DNA of 41,131 nt from a virus (taxonomy: Duplodnaviria; Caudoviricetes). Position numbers and translations under genes: made by a program. Positions 6,955 through 15,973 of the stretch are shown here, piece after piece. Below the pieces are notes generated by a model, which worked only from the letters and a program-made list of their open reading frames with translations, had not been told where the DNA came from and did no database searches. The number at the start of each line of letters is the position of its first letter. The first letter of the stretch is position 1. The stretch lies in the IMG/VR virus record IMGVR_UViG_3300049137_000252, positions 1 through 41,131 of that record; one strand, written 5' to 3'.

Positions 6955-8823
6955 TCAGCTCACGTGGGTTTCGATGCCAATCGTCTGGCGCAGCACCGGC
7001 CGGTCCCAGCTGACCGCCGTGCTGCGCACCAGGCCGAGGCGCGTGGTGGGCCCGTCGACGTAGCGCACGAGCGCGCCGGGCTGGATGATTCCGGTCTCGG
7101 CCAAGACGGGCATGCGTAGCGTCACGAGCGCCTGCCGGCCGGTGTTGGAAAGCTCGGCCAGGCCGCGTTGCCGCGCGGCAGTCGCGTTGGTGATGAGCGG
7201 GTGCGTGACCATCGGCGCCACCACGCCGCCGGCCGTGCCAGCGCGCGTGACCTGGCCGAGCACCCCGTCCGACCTGGTGCCGCCGACAAAGACGCGGTCA
7301 TAGGGCGGTAGGCTCTGCCACTCGATGCCTTCCACGCTCGTGACGGCGCTCGGCAGCTCGAAGTCCGGCGTGAGAGTGTCCCAAGTCCATGGCGTGGCGG
7401 GATAGCGCGGCAGCACGCGCAGGGTGGCAGCCGTGCGATGCGGCTGCACGTAACCGCCTGCGGCCCGGACGATGTCCTGCACCGCGGCGATGTACGTGCC
7501 CTGGAAGTTCCATGTGCCGCCGGGGACGCTCCAGTCCTCGAGGCCCCAGGCCAAATCCCAGCCGATCCCGACGCCGTTGATCGTCAGCGCCTGGAGCGCG
7601 AGCTGCTGCGCCGTGCGATCCAGGGCGCTGAAGTGGTTGAGCACAGGCGCATAGGGTGCGTCGAGGATCGCAGCGCGCCCCCTGCCCTGCACGCGGATCC
7701 GGGCCTTGCCGAAGCTGCGCTCGCGGCTATAGCTTTCCGCGCAGAGACGGAAGGCCACGCCGTTGACGGTGGTCTCGATGTCGACCGGGTCCCCGTTGGT
7801 GCCCGGCTCGATCAGCGACAGCGCGCTGGCCGGAAGCGAGGCCCCCCAGGACCAGGTCCACGAGTCCACGTCGAGGCTCATGTTGAAGGCGTCGGCCTCG
7901 ATGGCCGCGCCGGTGTCTACGCGGTGCAGCGTGATGTGGTTTTCCACGACGTATACCCTCCTGACGGGAATGACGACCGTCTCTCCGGGCTGTGACCCGT
8001 GGCGCTCGCAGATGAAAACAAGGTTGGTGTCTGCGCTCCACAGCGCGTCGAACACGAGGTCGCCGCCGGGCAGGTAGCACGGCTCCGGCTCGGGCGGGAT
8101 GGGCGTGTCGCCGATGCCGGGCGGAGGTCGCATTGCGTCTTGGTAGCGGGTGCGGGAGCCCACCTCGATCGGACGGCCGTAGCCGTCGTGCTCCGCAAAG
8201 GCCACATGCAGCGCGATCGCGTCTTGGTAGCGGGTGCGCGCCTGATTGCGGACCTTTCGCCCGTCCTGATAACGGAGGGAGGCCGACACTCGGAGGGGAT
8301 CGCCGTCTTGGAACCGAACGCTGCGTGCGAGCGGAAGCCGCTGGGAGTCTTGGAAGCGCACCACGGCCGACGTGCCGAGCGCCGCCCCGTCTTGGAATCG
8401 ATCGCGAGAGGCGCGCCGCATGCGCTGTGTGTCGGCCCACCGCGCACGCACGCCGACGCGCAGCGGGGCTGCAGGCTGGAACCGCACCACGGTCGCGACA
8501 GGCAGGCGTGACGCGCGCTGTGAGCGGTCCCGCGTGCCCACTTCGATCGCCAGCGCGTCCTGAAAGCGAACGCGCGTGCGACCGACAAGCGGGCGCTGCG
8601 TGTCCGAGTGATAGAGGACCTCGCCGACCAACGTGGGCCGCGCCAGCACAAGCGCGCCGCTCGCGACGATGCCGAGCGCGACATGGCCAACCAGCGTGGG
8701 ACGCGCGAGCGTGATGGTGCCATCGATGATGGCGTTGCTGATCGGGCTGCTGCCGTCGTCCCCGAAAACGAGGTCGCCCGTTGTGAGCGGTACAGCGCTG
8801 AAGACGAGATCGACATTTGCCAC
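6955..8823 (-). CDS. Tail tip / hub protein with internal 14-aa repeats
   Basis: 622-aa ORF in the tail module; (R)FQD/(R)YQD repeats; hub-like C-terminal half. Confidence 0.75.
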   Translation of the reverse strand: MANVDLVFSAVPLTTGDLVFGDDGSSPISNAIIDGTITLARPTLVGHVALGIVASGALVLARPTLVGEVLYHSDTQRPLVGRTRVRFQDALAIEVGTRDRSQRASRLPVATVVRFQPAAPLRVGVRARWADTQRMRRASRDRFQDGAALGTSAVVRFQDSQRLPLARSVRFQDGDPLRVSASLRYQDGRKVRNQARTRYQDAIALHVAFAEHDGYGRPIEVGSRTRYQDAMRPPPGIGDTPIPPEPEPCYLPGGDLVFDALWSADTNLVFICERHGSQPGETVVIPVRRVYVVENHITLHRVDTGAAIEADAFNMSLDVDSWTWSWGASLPASALSLIEPGTNGDPVDIETTVNGVAFRLCAESYSRERSFGKARIRVQGRGRAAILDAPYAPVLNHFSALDRTAQQLALQALTINGVGIGWDLAWGLEDWSVPGGTWNFQGTYIAAVQDIVRAAGGYVQPHRTAATLRVLPRYPATPWTWDTLTPDFELPSAVTSVEGIEWQSLPPYDRVFVGGTRSDGVLGQVTRAGTAGGVVAPMVTHPLITNATAARQRGLAELSNTGRQALVTLRMPVLAETGIIQPGALVRYVDGPTTRLGLVRSTAVSWDRPVLRQTIGIETHVS

Positions 8824-8824
8824 G

Positions 8825-9211
8825 TCACACGAACTTCAGTTCGCCCAGGATGGCACGCGCTCCGGCATAGAGCAGCGTGCCGGTGGTGCCCTTGACCTTG
8901 AGCGCGCCAGAGCCCGCCTCGTCGGAGACATCACCGCTGAGCAGCAGCCTGTTCGCGCCGCTGTAGAGCTGAAACGATGCGGCGTTGCCCTGCGTCAGGA
9001 TGAAGTCTCCGCTCGCGTCCTCTTGGCTGAACACCAGCGTGTGATCCACAAGCGTGACGGCAGGCTTCGTGAACACCATCGTGACCAAGGGGACGGCCGC
9101 ACCGTCAAAGAGAACCGCATAGGCATGGTTCGTAGGGTCATCATCGAGCGCAGAATCAATTCCACCGACCAGCATTGCGTCATTGAGGGCTTGCGTTGCA
9201 GTGAAGCTCAT
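8825..9211 (-). CDS. Virion/tail structural protein
   Basis: Tightly packed within the tail operon. Confidence 0.7.
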   Translation of the reverse strand: MSFTATQALNDAMLVGGIDSALDDDPTNHAYAVLFDGAAVPLVTMVFTKPAVTLVDHTLVFSQEDASGDFILTQGNAASFQLYSGANRLLLSGDVSDEAGSGALKVKGTTGTLLYAGARAILGELKFV

Positions 9212-10683
9212 GCGATCAACTCCACACCGCCATTGGCGAGATTGAGGCCGTCCGCGATCACGGCGCGGTAGGTGCCGTCATGGTCGAATGCCACCACAAA
9301 GTAGGTCTCGGTCTCGTCGATGTAATCGAACGAGTAGGCACCGGTCCCGGGTGCGCTCAGCGTCTGGCGAATGGGCATGCCGTCGACCTGACGGAACAGC
9401 ATGGTTCGCTCCGACACAGGCACGTTCGGCGTGCCCTTGTCCTTCGTCGCGCCCCGCACGCGGCCGATCCCTGCGCCTCGGACATCCTCTGTGAAGTGGC
9501 GCCTCAGCTTGCTAACCTCGATGCCCCTCTTCACGCCGAAGTCCTCGTACGCCGGGACCGGCTGCAACGGCAGAACGCGACCCGGCGACTGCACAAGTCT
9601 TGTCAGCGTTTGATTCCCACGCGTCTCAATTTGATCAGCCCCGCGCAAGACCAAGGCGATGATCGACCAGCCTCCGATTGGGCTCGCATTGAGGGCATCA
9701 CTTGACCACGTGCCGCTAGTCGACTCCCCGGCCGACAACGGAATCGTCGCCAAGCCAAGACGCAGTTGCTGGATTGCAGTGAAGTGCCTCACCCACGGAG
9801 GCCTGGGAGCTATCGCCATATCCGTGGAGTTCGGATTGGCAAATGCCAAAGACCAAAACGCTGCAGAGATGCCCAAGCGACGATCCCCGCCCGCCACAAC
9901 GGAGGGCACCGAGTGCGAACCGGCGTTCCCACTTATAACGCCCGTGGCAACGGTGTTGAAGTCCTCAACTTCCGGCTGTCGAACCCCGCCGCTGACTACC
10001 AGAGCAATGATGTTGAACACCCCACCCCACGTGCCCGGGTCTTTGTCCGCCTCAGTTCGCACCGCACGGGTCCATATCTCGGTGCGGTTGTTGTTGGGTC
10101 CCGCGGCGCCTGCAGCCGCTTGGCGCACAAAGCCGGCTGGTGCAGTCGCGCCTACAGTCTCTGTCGTCGCGGCAACGATCAGCAAGTCGCCGAACTCAAC
10201 GATGGGAGGCGAGGCGCACACCATCGTCGAAGTCGTTGCTGACGAAGTCATCGCCCCCGCTGACCTCACCACAACTGGCGGGTTGACGTTCCGGGTCTTC
10301 TGAAAGGCCCCCGGATACGCGTACCAGTCGTCTCGCCGTGCAATGGTGTACGTCACACCATCGTCCGACCAAAGCAAGGTGAGCGTCGCCGGGAACTTCT
10401 GCGGGTCTGCCCCCGCCCCGAGCAGGAAATTGTTCACTTCCGCGGCTGCACCGAGGTCCCAATCGATCTGCACTCCCTCGGCCTTCGCCCATGCGACGAC
10501 GCTGGATGCGAGATCGTCGGCGAGGCTTGCAAGCGTGCCGGATACCGGCGCAATGTTGGTAGCGATCGTCGCACCAGCGTCCGCACGTGATGTGCCGTTC
10601 AGAAGCTGAAACTCGGTCAGTTCAAACCCGTCGCCCGCGACAGGGTAGATATTGCGAGCGCGCCAGTAGCGATGCACGGGCAT
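9208..10683 (-). CDS. Putative tail fibre / receptor-binding protein
   Basis: HRYWR-starting beta-rich N-domain, compositionally distinct centre, Ig-like C-terminus (TGAYSFDYID...AVIAD). Confidence 0.65.
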   Translation of the reverse strand: MPVHRYWRARNIYPVAGDGFELTEFQLLNGTSRADAGATIATNIAPVSGTLASLADDLASSVVAWAKAEGVQIDWDLGAAAEVNNFLLGAGADPQKFPATLTLLWSDDGVTYTIARRDDWYAYPGAFQKTRNVNPPVVVRSAGAMTSSATTSTMVCASPPIVEFGDLLIVAATTETVGATAPAGFVRQAAAGAAGPNNNRTEIWTRAVRTEADKDPGTWGGVFNIIALVVSGGVRQPEVEDFNTVATGVISGNAGSHSVPSVVAGGDRRLGISAAFWSLAFANPNSTDMAIAPRPPWVRHFTAIQQLRLGLATIPLSAGESTSGTWSSDALNASPIGGWSIIALVLRGADQIETRGNQTLTRLVQSPGRVLPLQPVPAYEDFGVKRGIEVSKLRRHFTEDVRGAGIGRVRGATKDKGTPNVPVSERTMLFRQVDGMPIRQTLSAPGTGAYSFDYIDETETYFVVAFDHDGTYRAVIADGLNLANGGVELIA

Positions 10684-10686
10684 GTC

Positions 10687-11880
10687 TTACCGCCACGGTC
10701 CGGTCACATCGAAAAACATCACCCCGGTGTTCGAATCAGAGGGGGTTGTGCCCATCGAGCTGTCCGTACAGCGCACCACAAGCATCCGCTTGCCGGCGTC
10801 ACTTCCAGCGCCGGGCCACGTATCCCCCGGGACGAACTGCTGCAAACTGACCGACTGTGGCACATGCCGAATGCCAGGTACGTCCGACCGCGGGGAGCCA
10901 TCACCACCAGAGAGCGCCATGAACTTCTTCGACATGTACAGCGCGCCGTCGATCGCATTTGGAAAGGCTCCCAGCGCAGGCTGCACACCTGACGTTCCAC
11001 TGCCTGTGTACTGATTGACGTACTGCGCCACTGCCGCCCCGAGGCCCGAGAAAGACCGGGGAGAGTACGTAGTGGCCGTTAGCTTGGCAAAGTCCCCCAC
11101 GCCAGTCGAATCAATCGCGGTGCTGGTCGCCATGTTCAGCACCGTCGAATATGGATCCCCGCTCGGCTTGAGGGGGATCGGATCTCCAAACCCTCGGATG
11201 GTCGTGCCAAAACTGTAGCTCGTTGGGCTCACCGCATACGGCACGAGCACGATGAAGAACATCCGCTCGTCGCCAATAACAAACCACACGACCCCCGTGG
11301 CAGATGCGGTCTGACGCTTGGGCCACACCCCGCCGCTCGCGAACTGCGCGGCAGTCGGAAATGCGCCGAGTCCTGAGTTGATGTCAGACATCGTTTCGTA
11401 GCCGACCACGCGCATGAACGTGGCGTTGGTGTCGTCGACTCGCAGCAGATGCTTGGGGCTGAGGACGTGCTGGCTCTGATACGCGGCCAGGTTCGTTCCG
11501 CTGAATGGCTTGGCCCACCCGAGGGGCGCCATCTTGATCGTGATGGTGCCGGTCACCGCACCGTCCGGTGCCGCCGTGGCGAAGGTGCAGGAGGTCGCGT
11601 TGAGCTTGCTCACGACCTTCTGCTCGCCGTTGAGCACCGTCCATGCGCCGGTCGCACCCGTCACCTGGATCACGCTTTCCGGGACTGCGCTGTGCACGCC
11701 CGACCATGTGACCGTCGCCACGCCCCCGGCGACTGCGATGGTCGCGCTCTTCGTGTCGAAGCCATCCTTCAGACACGCGTCGAGCACCGCGATGCCTGCG
11801 CCCGCGACGCCGCTGAGCACAGGCGGGTTCGCCATCATGCTGTGAAAAAACTTGACGCTGGTGTTCACTGGAGATGTCAT
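10687..11880 (-). CDS. Virion structural (tail) protein
   Basis: N-terminal VLDACLKDGF and APLGWAKPFSGTN motifs recognised as typical of tail proteins in these phages. Confidence 0.75.
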   Translation of the reverse strand: MTSPVNTSVKFFHSMMANPPVLSGVAGAGIAVLDACLKDGFDTKSATIAVAGGVATVTWSGVHSAVPESVIQVTGATGAWTVLNGEQKVVSKLNATSCTFATAAPDGAVTGTITIKMAPLGWAKPFSGTNLAAYQSQHVLSPKHLLRVDDTNATFMRVVGYETMSDINSGLGAFPTAAQFASGGVWPKRQTASATGVVWFVIGDERMFFIVLVPYAVSPTSYSFGTTIRGFGDPIPLKPSGDPYSTVLNMATSTAIDSTGVGDFAKLTATTYSPRSFSGLGAAVAQYVNQYTGSGTSGVQPALGAFPNAIDGALYMSKKFMALSGGDGSPRSDVPGIRHVPQSVSLQQFVPGDTWPGAGSDAGKRMLVVRCTDSSMGTTPSDSNTGVMFFDVTGPWR

Positions 11881-11889
11881 GGTGCTGCC

Positions 11890-13518
11890 TTATGCAATCG
11901 GGTTGTCCACGTCGCCGCGCACAAGCACTTCGAATGAGTAGTCGTCGCCTGCTTCTGCGCCGGGGGTGATAGTCTGAGCGAGCCAGAAAGTGGGCAACGC
12001 GCCGACGGTGTTGATACGCACCACGTTGCCGACGGACCAGCCGCCGCCCCAGCCCGCGACTGCGATGCGAAAGTACGGCGCACCAGCGTTGTTGTTGAGC
12101 GGCGCAGTCTCGGTGTTGATGCTGCCCTCGCCGATCACGCCCAGGTGCTCGCCGATGATGTCGAATGTCAGCGTCGTCTTGAACAACAGCGCCCAGCGCT
12201 CCGTGACGGCGCCGGCATTGGTGACTTCGACCGGATAGTCGATGTCGTTGTAGGTCGCGGTCGACGCGTCGCCCACCAGCGAATCGGTGAAGGTCCGAGG
12301 GTTCCAGGTGGCTTGATCGAACAGCAGCGGCACGCGCGCGGCGAGGTCGCCCGCGATGAGCGCGCTGGAGATGTAGGAGCCGACCGGATAGGCGTGCGTC
12401 AACGGGCGCATCCCCGTCAATTGCCCGTTGATCTGCGCATCGCGGGTCTGCGTCATGTCCTCGACGCGATGTTCCACGCGCATCGGCTGCACGAAGCCCG
12501 TCACATCGGTCCACGTGACCACGCCCGCCTCAAGATCGACCGTATAGCCCGTATGCTGCGTGGCGCCGTCGTTGCCGATCACGCGCACGCGGGACAACCG
12601 CGTCCGACCGCAATTCAGGGTACCGCCAACGATCGCCGTTGCGGGCGTGGTGGTGTCCTTGTGGCCGATGACGTGCGCACCGCCTGGCCGGAAGATCGGC
12701 ACGCGGCCATCGGTCGGCAGGCGCACAGGATCGATACCCAACAGGGCCGCGTCCAGCGGCAGGTACGTGAACGCCACGGCGTTGAGGCGAACAGTCTCCT
12801 GGCGGACCAAGTCGACGTAGGCGTTGGTGACACCCGGCACGCCGAGGAATGAAAGATCGGCTTTCGTCTGCCCGCCCGCGGCCGTGGGCGTGACGCCGAC
12901 GATGATCACGACGCCCGTCGTGTAGTTGACCTTGCCCTTGATGCGCGTCGCGTTGATGTAGCCGTCGCTGTCGGCCGTGACGTTGAAGGTCGTACCGTCC
13001 TGCATGGTCCCGAGAATCGACACGCTGCCGGTGCGAAGCGGCGCGGTCGGAACGCGGAACGTGATCGCGTAGGTGCTGAAGGGCGTGTCGGGGCCATTGA
13101 CGGGCGCGCCGGCCACCCCCCGCCAGTTGCTGACGGCAGGCGAGCCACCGGCCGTCCACGAGTCGAGCAGCACCTCGCCCTGGGCGGGCGTCATGGTGCC
13201 GACCGTGGTGCCGTTGCCGGTCACGGGCGAGGGATTTACCTGAACCGCGCCGCTGGCCTTGACGACGTAGTCCTGCCCGGCGCGACTGAACCGCACGCCA
13301 GACAGCGAGAACGCGTTGGCGACGTTGGTCTTCAGGTGCAGCTGGTCCATGTCGCCGGTCAGCACCTCGGAGCCCGCAGCGCCCGACGAGAACGTCGCAG
13401 CCGCGCTGGCGACGCCCGAAAGGTTCATCGACACGATCGTGTTGAGCGCGACTGAAGCGAAGGGGGCTCGCTTGAGTGCAGCGCCGGTATCGAGGGGGTT
13501 GAGAGTGACATCGGTCAT
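11890..13518 (-). CDS. Tail structural protein
   Basis: LGIDPVRLPTDGRVPIFRPG and GWGGGWSVGNVVRINT motifs; operon position. Confidence 0.8.
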   Translation of the reverse strand: MTDVTLNPLDTGAALKRAPFASVALNTIVSMNLSGVASAAATFSSGAAGSEVLTGDMDQLHLKTNVANAFSLSGVRFSRAGQDYVVKASGAVQVNPSPVTGNGTTVGTMTPAQGEVLLDSWTAGGSPAVSNWRGVAGAPVNGPDTPFSTYAITFRVPTAPLRTGSVSILGTMQDGTTFNVTADSDGYINATRIKGKVNYTTGVVIIVGVTPTAAGGQTKADLSFLGVPGVTNAYVDLVRQETVRLNAVAFTYLPLDAALLGIDPVRLPTDGRVPIFRPGGAHVIGHKDTTTPATAIVGGTLNCGRTRLSRVRVIGNDGATQHTGYTVDLEAGVVTWTDVTGFVQPMRVEHRVEDMTQTRDAQINGQLTGMRPLTHAYPVGSYISSALIAGDLAARVPLLFDQATWNPRTFTDSLVGDASTATYNDIDYPVEVTNAGAVTERWALLFKTTLTFDIIGEHLGVIGEGSINTETAPLNNNAGAPYFRIAVAGWGGGWSVGNVVRINTVGALPTFWLAQTITPGAEAGDDYSFEVLVRGDVDNPIA

Positions 13519-13526
13519 GTTGTGCC

Positions 13527-15569
13527 TCAGGCAACCACGATGTCCCCGATGAAGTCACCGGGTTGTCGCAGGAAGACGTTGTCCCAAGCGGTCACAAGCA
13601 ATGCGACCGGCGTGGGGATGACGGTGTTGGCGGTCAGCGAAAACGTGCCGGCGGCGTAGTTCATGCTCCCCACCACCAGGCGCGCATCTCCGAGCAGCAG
13701 CACGAGGGCGCCAGCGGCGTCATCGACGATGCGGTATGTCGTCGCAGCCCCCCAGTTCACGACCGGGTTGTCCTGGTAGATGGCCTTGATCTGCCCCGTC
13801 ACGTCGAGAGAAACGGACCCCGGAGTGATACCGGTCACGCCGAGAGAGCCCGACCCGCCAACGATGGAGACGGTGGCTGCGGCCTTCGCGCCGGTGGCCA
13901 GGTTTACGGTGACGGGCGTGCCAGGTGCGGGGAGCAGGTTCGGGCTTAGCCGGAAGGTGCCGCGCGCGTAGTTCACCGTGCCCGAGGCATCGCCGGTGAT
14001 GTTGCCCGCGCCGTCGTCCTGCGCCGACCGCGGAGTGCCATCGTCCCATGCGATCGAGAGCGCGCCCGGCTTGATCGCCTTGGCGCCGGCCTCGAGGCTC
14101 GAAACGCCCGAGGTGTTGAAGGGCCAGTAGAAGCGCCCGTTGTTGTCGAGCGTGAGCACCTCGCTCGACCGCGCAGCGTCAGGCTCCACCCACTGGTAGA
14201 TGACGAAGCTGCCCACGTCCGGCAGCGCCCCCAACGTCACAAGGACCGTGGCAGTGTCGAAGTTGAGGTTGCCGGCGCCGAAGCTAGTGTCGGGGCCACG
14301 GATCGCGCCGTCGCCCTGCTCGCGCAGCACGTACCAACGGCCCTGGCTCATGTAGCTGATCGACAGCGTGCCGCGCGCGGGAGCCGGCTCGATGGTGCGC
14401 ACGTAGCTCAGGGACCGCGTCTCGATCTTGACCTCGAAGCCCTGCGATTGGCTGACCGACTGCGGGACCGCGCCGGGCGCGTAAGTGACGGTGAAGGTAC
14501 GGCCACCCGTGCCGAACACGTTGGTCGTGAGTGCGGCGATACCGTTCTCGTAGTCGATGGTGCCGACCTCTGCGCCGCCGGAGAGCAAGCGCCCGCCGCT
14601 GTCCGCGACGGAGATTGCGTCAGCCACGATCGACAGCGTGCTCGGGGCAATGGCACCGCCCAAGGACAGGCTCTGCGTCGTCGAGAAGATCGCGTTCAGG
14701 CTTTGCACCACGGCGGCGCCCGAAGACACCACGGCCGCAGACAGCTGGTTCATGCGCGCGTCGGCGATCGGCGTGTCGATCTGCGCCGAGGGCACCAGCT
14801 GGCTGAACATGGATTCACCCTTGATCGTGAAGGCGCCGATGCTCGCGGGCTCTTCGAGGCGCGTCACGCCGTAGTAGCGCGCGGCGTTCGCGACAACCGT
14901 GTCGCTCAGCTTCGTGAGCTGGGCAATCTGCGCCTTCGTGTAGTCGAACCGCGACATGTCGAAGCCGGGAAAGTCCTGCGCGAGCGTGTTGCCCAGCCGC
15001 AGCTTGAGCACCCAGCGCTTGAACAGGCCGCGGTCATCTTCGAACTCCCGCTCTTCGGCGGTGGCCTCGATCACTCGCACGTACTGGCGGAACTCGTCGG
15101 GGAATCCCTCGCGCTTCGTCAGCACCATCGTGGCGCCGATCGGAGGGGTGTTGCTGGTCTTCTGGAAGATGAGCAGCGTGTCCTGATGCTGGATGTGGTT
15201 GCCGTAGAGGTAGGCCGGATACTGCGGCCCGATCGAAAGGTAGGCCTCGATCCGCGAGACGGCCTCGACACGCCGGTCGAACGTCTCGCCCGTGCTGAAG
15301 GCCGTCATCGAGATATTCGGGTCGTCGGGCGGCTCCGAAATGATGACGTTCGACCCTTGGTACACATCGACGTTGTCTGTGTCGACATGCACCGCCAGCT
15401 TGCGCAGCTTCACGCGGCCGAGCGCGCGGTCCAGTTCGGACACGTCGGGGAAGATGGCATTGCTGGTGCCGTCAGGTACGACGACGCCGGTGGGCGCGCC
15501 GCCGCCCTCAGGCACGTCGGCCATCACCTGTGTTTTGACGAGCTTGAGGTCGCCGCTGAAAATTGCCAT
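13527..15569 (-). CDS. Large tail structural protein (tail tip complex)
   Basis: N-terminal GGG...DG.SN.IFPDVSELDR..GRV.LRK motif; follows the distal tail gene. Confidence 0.82.
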   Translation of the reverse strand: MAIFSGDLKLVKTQVMADVPEGGGAPTGVVVPDGTSNAIFPDVSELDRALGRVKLRKLAVHVDTDNVDVYQGSNVIISEPPDDPNISMTAFSTGETFDRRVEAVSRIEAYLSIGPQYPAYLYGNHIQHQDTLLIFQKTSNTPPIGATMVLTKREGFPDEFRQYVRVIEATAEEREFEDDRGLFKRWVLKLRLGNTLAQDFPGFDMSRFDYTKAQIAQLTKLSDTVVANAARYYGVTRLEEPASIGAFTIKGESMFSQLVPSAQIDTPIADARMNQLSAAVVSSGAAVVQSLNAIFSTTQSLSLGGAIAPSTLSIVADAISVADSGGRLLSGGAEVGTIDYENGIAALTTNVFGTGGRTFTVTYAPGAVPQSVSQSQGFEVKIETRSLSYVRTIEPAPARGTLSISYMSQGRWYVLREQGDGAIRGPDTSFGAGNLNFDTATVLVTLGALPDVGSFVIYQWVEPDAARSSEVLTLDNNGRFYWPFNTSGVSSLEAGAKAIKPGALSIAWDDGTPRSAQDDGAGNITGDASGTVNYARGTFRLSPNLLPAPGTPVTVNLATGAKAAATVSIVGGSGSLGVTGITPGSVSLDVTGQIKAIYQDNPVVNWGAATTYRIVDDAAGALVLLLGDARLVVGSMNYAAGTFSLTANTVIPTPVALLVTAWDNVFLRQPGDFIGDIVVA

Positions 15570-15572
15570 GTG

Positions 15573-15971
15573 TCAGACCTCGATCAATCGCACGGTGGCG
15601 ACGTAGGGGAACGTGTCAGGGGGAAGCTCGGGCCGCGCGACGGGCTCCGCCTGCACAGGCTGATCTACCGGCGCGAACTGCACGGTGAACGCGCGACCGT
15701 CGGCCAGGGTGAGCAGGTGTTCGCCCACCGCATCTGCCGCGGCGAGGGCCCGCAGCGCCTCGACAACGCTGCGGCGGATCCAGCCCGCCGTCTCGTCGCC
15801 GCGCAGCGTGATCGGCCTGCCGGCCTGCTTGACCGCCGCGTCGATCAGCAGTGCGCCCGTGACGGAGTACTCGGCCGACTTCTGGACGGCGCTCCAGGCG
15901 AACTCGTCGCTCCAGACCATGCCGCGTGGCAGCTGCAGGCCGCCCAAGGTGTGGAAGGTGGTGATTGCCAT
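15573..15971 (-). CDS. Distal tail-like protein
   Basis: W.DEF.W..V.....YS.TGALLID..VKQAGRPITL; directly after the tape measure gene. Confidence 0.75.
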   Translation of the reverse strand: MAITTFHTLGGLQLPRGMVWSDEFAWSAVQKSAEYSVTGALLIDAAVKQAGRPITLRGDETAGWIRRSVVEALRALAAADAVGEHLLTLADGRAFTVQFAPVDQPVQAEPVARPELPPDTFPYVATVRLIEV

Positions 15972-15973
15972 GG

